Shown here piece after piece: positions 55,768 to 64,000 of a stretch of 64,000 nt of DNA. Both the position numbers and the translations under genes were made by a program. The DNA is taken from the NCBI RefSeq assembly GCF_009914755.1, contig NC_060927.1. One strand, written 5' to 3'. Position 1 is the first letter of the stretch, and every line of letters begins with the position of its first letter. Source of the stretch: the human T2T-CHM13v2.0 reference genome, Homo sapiens. The notes beneath the pieces are model-generated. The model saw only the letters and a program-made list of their open reading frames with translations, searched no databases and was not told where the DNA came from.

Positions 55768-55969
55768 ACAATGAGATCACATGGACACAGGAAGGGGAAT
55801 ATCACACTCTGGGGACTGTGGTGGGGTCGGGGGAGGGGGGAGGGATAGCATTGGGAGATATACCTAATGCTAGATGACACATTAGTGGGTGCAGCGCACC
55901 AGCATGGCACATGTATACATATGTAACTAACCTGCACAATGTGCACATGTACCCTAAAACTTAGAGTAT

Positions 55970-55994
55970 AATAAAAAAAAAAAAAAAAAAAAAA
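55970..55994 (+). terminator. L1 poly(A) signal and A22 tail
   Basis: AATAAA at 55970-55975 running into a pure A tract at 55973-55994. Confidence 0.9.
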
Positions 55995-56008
55995 GAATAT
56001 AGACACAA
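55995..56008 (+). repeat. 3' target-site duplication of L1HS
   Basis: GAATATAGACACAA, identical to 49942-49955. Confidence 0.97.
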
Positions 56009-56155
56009 AAAACTTCAATGAAATTGAGTAAACCAAATCCAGCAATATATAAAAAGATTAATAATATACCACAAGTGGAGTTTATTCTGGGAATGTAAGG
56101 CTGGTTAAACATTTGAAAATCAATTACTGTAATTCCACATATCAATAGACTAAAG

Positions 56156-57309
56156 CAAGGATCAGCAAACTATGACTGGGAAAACTATGACCAGCAGGCC
56201 AAATCCAACCTGCAGCCTGTTTTTGTAAATACAGCTTCCTGGAACACAGCCACATCCATTCACTTATCCATCTATTGTCTGTGGCCGCTTTCATGCTGCA
56301 ATGGCAGAGCTGAATCACTGAGTAGAGGAGATTTATGAGAGTTGAGTAGAGAGTTGAATAAAGTACCTTATGGCCCACAAAGCCTAAAATATTTGTTATC
56401 TGGCTATTATGACCTGTTTTTAACTCCCAGAACACTTCTGACACCCAGCTATGTGGAGTTTTTTTCCTCATACCAACTGAATCTCTCTCTAGACACCAGC
56501 TGCGTCTTACAATCCAATTCAATGCTAACACTATCAACCTTGAGTTAGATCTAACCTTAGTGTTAGATCCTACAGCTTAAGGGCTCAGTCCCCAAGACTG
56601 CCCCCATTTCAGATCACAAGTCCTGGGCCCCTCTTATTTCTGACCAACCGACGATAAGTTAGGGATTCCCATGACCCCCTTCTTGGGTTTGATAATTTGT
56701 TAGACTGGTTTACAGAACTTGAGAGCCCTCTTTCCTTATATTTGCCAGTTTATTTTACAGGATACAATCTAGGAACAGCCAAATGGAAGAGATACATAGG
56801 ACAAGGTATGTGAAAAGGAGCAGGGAACTTCCATGCCCTCTCCAGGCATTGCCAGCACCTTGCCAGCATCTCAGTGTGCTTAGTCAATTCCAAAGCTCTC
56901 CAAACCCCTTTGATTAGGAGTTTTTATGGAGGTTCCGTTACATAGGAATCACTGATTAAATCACTGGCCATTAATGATTTACTCAGTTTTCAGCCCTTCT
57001 CCCCTCCCCAGATGTTAGGGCAGGGTGTGCTGAAAATTCCAACCTTCTAATTACATGGTTGTTTCCTCTGACAATCAGCCCCCATCCTGAAGCTATATAG
57101 GGGCTCACCAAGTGTCACCTCACCAGCATAAACTCAGGTATGGTTGAAAGGGACTTATTATGAATAACCAAAGACATTCCTCTCACCACTCTCACTCAGG
57201 AAACTCCCAGGGTTTTAGAAGCTCTATGCCAGAAACTGAAAATAAAGACCAAATATATATTTATTATTTTTCTCACACTGCCCTTTGTGAAAAAGTTTGC
57301 CAACTCATG
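56156..57309 (+). mobile_element. MER58A interrupted by a MER21 LTR
   Basis: caaggatcagcaaactatg...ggccaaatcc; right end aaaagtttgccaactcatg; 8-bp TSD gactaaag / gacaaaag. Confidence 0.82.
56405..57277 (-). mobile_element. MER21B/C-like LTR
   Basis: aacacttctgacacc, agggctcagtcccaagactgcccc, caggaaactcccagggttttagaagctct...aagaccaaatatatatt. Confidence 0.8.
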
Positions 57310-60300
57310 GACAAAAGAAAAAATATGATCATCTCAACAGATCCATAAAAAGCGCCTGAACAAATCATTATTCATTCACGGTAAAGACAAAGAAAATCTA
57401 AGCAAATTAAAAGGAAACTTCCTCAACCTGATAAAAAGTATCTACAAAAAACCTATGACTAATATCATACAAGATGATAGAAGACTCAACACCTGCCTCC
57501 TAAGATTGGAAACAAGGCAATGATGTCTGTTTTCACCACTCCTGTTTAACATTATACTGGAAATCTTAACCAGCACAATAAAACAAGTAAAATAAAGGCA
57601 AAGAAATTGGAATTGAATAAATAAAACTATCTTTATTCAGAGATGACATGATTATCTATGATGAAAATCTCAAAGAATCTAGAAAAAAAAGCTACTAGAA
57701 CTAATAAGTCAGTTTAGAAAAGTCAAAAGATATAAGGTCAACAAACAAAAATCAGTTGCTTAAAAATAATTAAAAAGCTCAGGGAAATAGTTAAGAGCAG
57801 ATGAGGGCTGAAAATTGATTCTATATCCCAGCCTTTTAAATTGTTTAAGTTACACATTAGATTTAGCTAGCTACTAATCACATTAGATTTTCAAACTCTG
57901 CAAGTACACATTTTGCTGTACTTTATTCTGATTTAAATTTTTAAAAATCCATTAAAATACTAAATCAATTGTAGTTATAAATACTAGCAATGAACAATTG
58001 GAAAACAGAATTTTACTAAAAGTACCATTAAAAATTACACCAAAACATGAAATACATAGCTATAAACATGACAAAATATGTTCAATATGTATATGCTAAA
58101 AACTATAAAATATTGATAAGGAAATCAAAGATGACCTAAATGGAGAAATATAGTTTATTTATGTACTTAAAAATCCAACATTGTTAAGATGTCAATTCTC
58201 TCCAAATTGACTTATAGATTCAATGCAATACCAACAGACTTCCATCAGGAATTTATGCAGATGCCAACAAGATGATTCTAAAATTTATATGTCAGGCCAA
58301 AAAATCTGTAATAGCCAAAACTATTTTGAAAAGAAAGAACTAAGTTGAAGGGCTCAAATTTCCTTACTTCAAAACTTACAATAAAGCTACAATAATCAAT
58401 ACAGTGTGGTATTGTTGAAAGAATAAACACATAAATCAATGGGACAGAATACTCAGAATAGACCACACATACATGCTCAACTGATTTTCAACAAAGGTAC
58501 AAACACAATTCAATAAGAGAAGGATAATCTTTTCATTGTGGTGCTAGCACTATTGGACATTCATATGCACAACAGAATCTCTATCTATACCTTACATCAT
58601 GTATAAAAATTAACTTAAAATGGATCAGAACTAAATATACAACCTAAAAATGTAAAACGTCTTGAAGAAAGCACTGGAGAAAATCTTAATGACTCCACAT
58701 TAGGTTAGTATTTCTTAGATATAACAGCAAAAGCATAACACATCTTTAAAAATTGATAAATTGAATTTCATCACAATTAAAGACTTCTGTCATGCAGTAA
58801 CAGGCATTGTTAAAGAGAATGAGAAGACAAGCTACAGGCAGCGAGAAAATATTTGCCAAACACGTACCCAATAAAAGATTAATGTCCAGAATATATAAAG
58901 AGCTCTCAAATCTAAATCATAAGGAAACAAACAATCCAATAAAACTTGGGCAAAAGACTTAAACAGATACTTCACCAAAGACAATATATGTTTGGCAAAT
59001 AAGTACAAAGATGTTCAACATCAGTAGTCACTAAGGAAATTCAAATTAAAAACACAATATGATAAAACTATACCTATTAGAATGTCTAAAATTTTTAAAA
59101 TCTGACAATACCAAGTACTGACAAAGATGTGGAAAATATAACCCTCATATATTACTACCAGGAATGCAAAATGGTACAGCCACTTTGGAAAACAGTTTGG
59201 TATTCCATTACATTTACCATACCTCCCAGAAACCCCAATCCTAGATATTTACCCAAGTGAAATGAAATCTATGTTCACCTAAAAATCTGTTCACAAACAT
59301 TGATAGTGAGTTGTTCATTATCACCTCAAACTGGAAACAGCCCAAATGTCCTTCAACTGGGGAATAGGTAAACACACGGTGATACGTCTTTACAATGAAA
59401 TAATACTCAGCAACAAAAACGAATAACCTATTGATATACCCACCACCATGGATGAATCTCCAACACATTAATGCTAAGTGAAAGCAGGCACACTAAAAAG
59501 CCTACAAACCATGACTCCATTTATATGACATTCCGAGATAGGAAAGAACACAGGGAGAGAAAGCAGATCAGTAACTGCCAAGGTCTGCATGGTGGGAGAG
59601 CAGACAACAAAAGCTCACAAGGCAATTCTGGGAGGTGATGGAGCTCTTCTGTATCTCAATTGTGATGGTGCCTATATGACTATATATACATTTGTCAAAA
59701 GTCAGAACTGAACTTCCTCATAATTATGTATTAATTGTTCAGAATTGTACATTAAAACAGGTGAATTTTACTGTATATAAATTATATCTACTTTTTTACA
59801 TGAGAAAGAAAAAGAGTCTTCAAAAAAACCTATTATGATGCAGCATTGAAAAGAAAAGTTATTGTGTACCTGGGAAAATGCTGATCATTTGTCAAACAAT
59901 GGAATAAAAAGACAGTAGAAACTGCCAAATTTACCAGACCAGAATACACCGAAACTAGGAAAAGTTGGTGTGACTGATTTATGTGCAACAGATGATCAGG
60001 TAGATACTGAATATTTATTTTTTTCAAAGTTTCCAGTTAACTTTTAGAAAAAGATATCTAACTTTTAGCAATATTACTTATAGAAAAGCTAGAACTCAAA
60101 ATTTAATCTAAAGAATACATAGACAAAACCCTGGTAGACTTTAATATTCCTCAGACTTATTCTGTCAATCCTAAAGGTGCCAAAAATGTCAAAATTGTGG
60201 GCACATACAAAACTGGCCAAGGGAAGCAAAGACAATTAATAGTTCAATCTCACTTAGGACTACAGATGTAAAAAACCAAAATAAAATATTAGAAAATCAA

Positions 60301-60687
60301 AGTCACTGGGGTATTTTTTTTTTAAAAAAACTATACATTATGACTAAGTGTTTATTCCAGGAAGGCAAGAATGCATCAACATTCAAAAATCATGAACACA
60401 GATTATGAAAAACAGCATTTCACCTTGAAATCATATGTAACTCTGATAGATTATATCAGTTATCACATTATCATAGTTCAGAAGGATCTTTATATTTTGA
60501 TTATAATGATGAAAAAACTGGTATGCAATTTCAAAAATTAAGGTATATTGTAATTTAGAAACTTTTCTAAAATTGTCTATATGAAAGGAAGTGCTTTTTC
60601 CTGAGAAACTATAAAGTGATACGAATCTTAGTGGCTATAATTTGGAATAAAGAAAATATAAGAATCCATCTTTTATCATGCTATTAC

Positions 60688-60746
60688 CTTTATTTTTTCT
60701 CTTCAGCTGGCCCAAATTGGTTTCTGTTAATTTTGAAGAATCCTTC
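60688..60746 (-). other. MYLK: MYLK 5'-UTR exon (exon 2 of the long isoform), 59 nt
   Basis: Acceptor ttatttctttgatttgtgtattag|GAAGGATTC; donor AAAATAAAG|gtaata; recognised from memory as joining directly to GTGGCTCCCGG of the 9643-9765 exon. Confidence 0.78.
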
Positions 60747-60794
60747 CTAATACACAAATCAAAGAAATAATAGAAACAATTACATAGTGAAACA

Positions 60795-60953
60795 TCAAAT
60801 CAGGTTGACATCAGAAACATCTGGAAAGCTTTGTTAAACCAGAGATTCCCTGACCCCACCAAGGTAGTCTGGGCTGGGACTGGGGAGCCATAGATTATTT
60901 TTCAAACAAGGTTCCCAAAGAGATTTTGTTATCAGCCAGTTCTGGAACCACTG
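60795..60953. mobile_element. MER5B/MER5A1-like hAT remnant
   Basis: catcagaaacatctggaaagctttgttaaa ... ggaaccactg. Confidence 0.6.
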
Positions 60954-62824
60954 CTATGAGGAAACAGAGGCATTAACATGTCCTTCCCTTGATGTTTTTT
61001 CAGTATAGTTACAGATATAAAATTTTAGCATGAGAAAAATTAAACAAATGATAAAAACATACCATAATAATTTATGACTTGTCTCTGTAAAAAGAATTTT
61101 ACAGGGACTTATTTCTAGAGAAGTTGAGGCTGAAAAGGTCAGAGGCAGCCTCTGGGGGCAGTATCTGACAGTTATTAGGAACTTAACTCATTCCCTGAAC
61201 AAATGTTTAAGGATAGAAGAACCTGTCAATCAAACAGACAAGTGAAGAATATTCCAGGTGAGGATGAACTCACAGTCACAGTCAGAGACACAGGAAAGTA
61301 TCAATTGGGCTGAGACAAGAAGTCTGGTTGTAGTGGGATCAAGGAGTGTGGGGGTGGCTGCTATGAGACTGGGCTTGGAGGTCAGATTATAGAGGCCTGT
61401 GAATGGCTTAAGGCTGTTCTGTGTGAAACAGGGAGCCACCGGGGGTTCCTGAAGGTGGTGACACAGTCAGACTATGTTTTAGATCAACAAAGCAATCAAG
61501 TGTACGATGTATTTGGGCTACAGAGAAGCCACAGTTAATACTCCAAGTGTGAGCTAGTACGGTCTGGTCAGGAAAAAATAGTAATATCAAAGTAAAACCA
61601 AGTGTTTCTCTGCCTGGGATAATCAGCAGGCCCACAGGGGAGGAGCTGAGTCCCTAGGTGCCTGCCCAATCACAATAAGAAGCCTGAGAACTCCCTAAAA
61701 CATACTATTGGGTAACATCAGTAGCAACTGCGTTGATTGTATCATGTATACCATGAGTGACTATTGGAAAGGCAGGAGCTTTTGATAGTAATCAGAGGCA
61801 GGTTGCAAGATAAGAACTGTTCCTCCAGGCACGTTCTAAAGCCACCTGCTGCTTCCTCATGAACATACTCGTTTCCACAAGATCAGCAACCAAGTGATTA
61901 CGAAAATGATCACCCTGTTGACACTAATAGGAAAATACCAAATGGAAATTTAACTTGGACAATGGGGAAGTTTAGGAATACATCTGCTTGAGTCATGTTC
62001 TGTGAATGGACTCAGTACTTGGCTGGAAAGATGCATAAAGCTCAGGAGAAAAGTTAGAATGAAGTATACCTAGCCCTACAGAAGACATAACTGAAGAAGT
62101 GAGGTGAATGAGTGGAAAGTGCCTTCTCATGGAGTGGCACACAGCAAATCCCTTAGAATCTTCTCTGAGCACCTCCATTTACCCCATTAGCCAGTCCTTC
62201 CACCCAGATGTACTGAGCACCTGTGGTGTGTCAGGCACCAGGCTATGAGTAAGGATACAAGATGAACCACAGCTGGTGACCTCCAGGAGCACAGTGCCTA
62301 GCAGGACACTACCCTTACGACCACAGCACAAGCACAGGTTGCCAAGCACGTGTTCATCTGCCTACAGCCTCATCAGATGAGTAGAGAAGGGCTTCTCTGT
62401 CCATTTAAAGGTGCACAATCTGAGACCTGGAGATACCACGTCACATAGCAGAAGACAGTGCTGAAGCTAGCCCCCAAACCCGGGGCATCTTCCTGGTGTT
62501 TCCCACAGCCTCAGATGACATTCCATGTAGTCTGACCCCAGGAAAGGGGAACAGCACTCGGTATCCAGGGGCCCTGAAGCAGACAGATGGCAGTGATCAC
62601 AGGCCAGATAAAGGTAGGACATTCACTCCTGCTCCCCATTGGACCCTCAGACTAAAGAGGACAGCCTTAAAGGACTCTAGAGAAGCAGGTGGGCAGATGA
62701 GGGAACCAATGTGTATCCATTCTTCCTGCCTATGTCAGGCCGTTCACCTTCCTATGCCATCACCATCCTCCACCAGGATAGGTAGTGATGAGAACTCTGG
62801 CTGATGCTGGCTCTACTACTTGGA

Positions 62825-63114
62825 TTTTTTTTTTAGACGAAGTCTTGCTCTTGTTGCCTAGGCTGGAGTGCAGTGGTATGATCTCAGCTCACTGCAACCT
62901 CTGCTCCTGGGTTCAAGTGATTCTCTTGCCCCAGCCTCCCGAGTAGCTGGGATTACAGGAGGCTGCCATCACACCTGGATAATTTTGGGATTTTTAGTAG
63001 AGATGGGGTTTCACCACGTTGGTCAGGCTGGTCCTGAACCCTGACCTCAGGTGATCCACCCGCCTTGGCCTCCCAAAGTGCTGGGATTACAAGCGTGAAC
63101 CACGGTGCCCAGCC
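62825..63114 (-). mobile_element. AluS (Sq/Sx-like)
   Basis: Full dimer; TSD-like actacttgg / accacttgg. Confidence 0.92.
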
Positions 63115-63737
63115 ACCACTTGGCATCTTAGGCCAGAGTTTCCTCTTCAGTCCAATGCAAAGGTCAAGTGGACCTGACCCTTAGTCCTAACACCCTGTGA
63201 TTCCAGAACTAGGAAGTGAGCTACAATATATGAGGCATGAAAAGAGAACACAAAGCCCCAGAAACCCAAAAGTCTTCTACGGGCCTCTGGGCTTTCACTC
63301 TGGCCACCCAATTGCCTCTTAATATTTTTGATCGAGTATAAAATAAAACAATTTCAGATGTTTCAGAAATATTATTGGCAGCAGAGGGAAAACAAGGCCA
63401 GAATGAAAACCACCCCCAAAATAAACCTCAGGACAAGCACACCTGCATGTTTGGGAGTGCGCTGCAAGGTCAAAGGTGTTGTGCCAGGGCCCAGCAAGGA
63501 AGGAGCTAACAGCCTTCAGACACCGGAGCCAAATGTTCCTGCCTTCCTCTCTCCTGGCAAATGCTTACCCTCCCTTCCTCCTCTCCATTTTTGAGGCCTT
63601 CCTGCATCACTCTAGCCCCTGAATTTCTTGTCATCCTTTAATTCTGTTAATGAAACTTGGAAATTGCATGTTGTCCCTGTTTTCTAATTACCTATGTGTT
63701 AGCTCTCTTGCTACCCACCCAGAGTCTCTTAGCATAG

Positions 63738-64000
<263 letters not shown>

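Noticed and set aside
55810-55845. G-rich, G-quadruplex-like tract
   Set aside because: Standard feature of the L1 3' UTR.

Overview
Human (primate) genomic DNA, mostly interspersed repeats. Two short minus-strand exons with canonical splice sites (60688-60746, 59 nt; 9643-9765, 123 nt) match my recollection of 5'-UTR exons 2 and 3 of the long MYLK isoform (3q21.1). On that reading the window is the end of MYLK intron 1, all of intron 2 and the start of intron 3, transcribed right to left. The dominant feature is a full-length L1HS of the youngest Ta-1d subfamily (49956-55994, + strand, antisense to MYLK). It has open ORF1, ORF2 and ORF0, an intact YY1 site, an A22 tail and a perfect 14-bp TSD, and it is nested in an ancient L1. 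It carries two apparent substitutions (ORF1 K85E, ORF2 W899R) and sits at an atypical endonuclease site. Other observations: a candidate 60-nt cassette exon with an in-frame ATG next to exon 3, a mini 3' transduction on an L1PA5-like element, a possible ancient composite L1+MER58A hop, a ~79-bp monomer array in an L1MA 5' end, and two odd Alu structures. I see no prokaryote-type system (CRISPR, operons) and nothing I can claim as a wholly new biological system. Gene identity and repeat subfamilies come from recognition, not database searches, and boundaries of old repeats are approximate.
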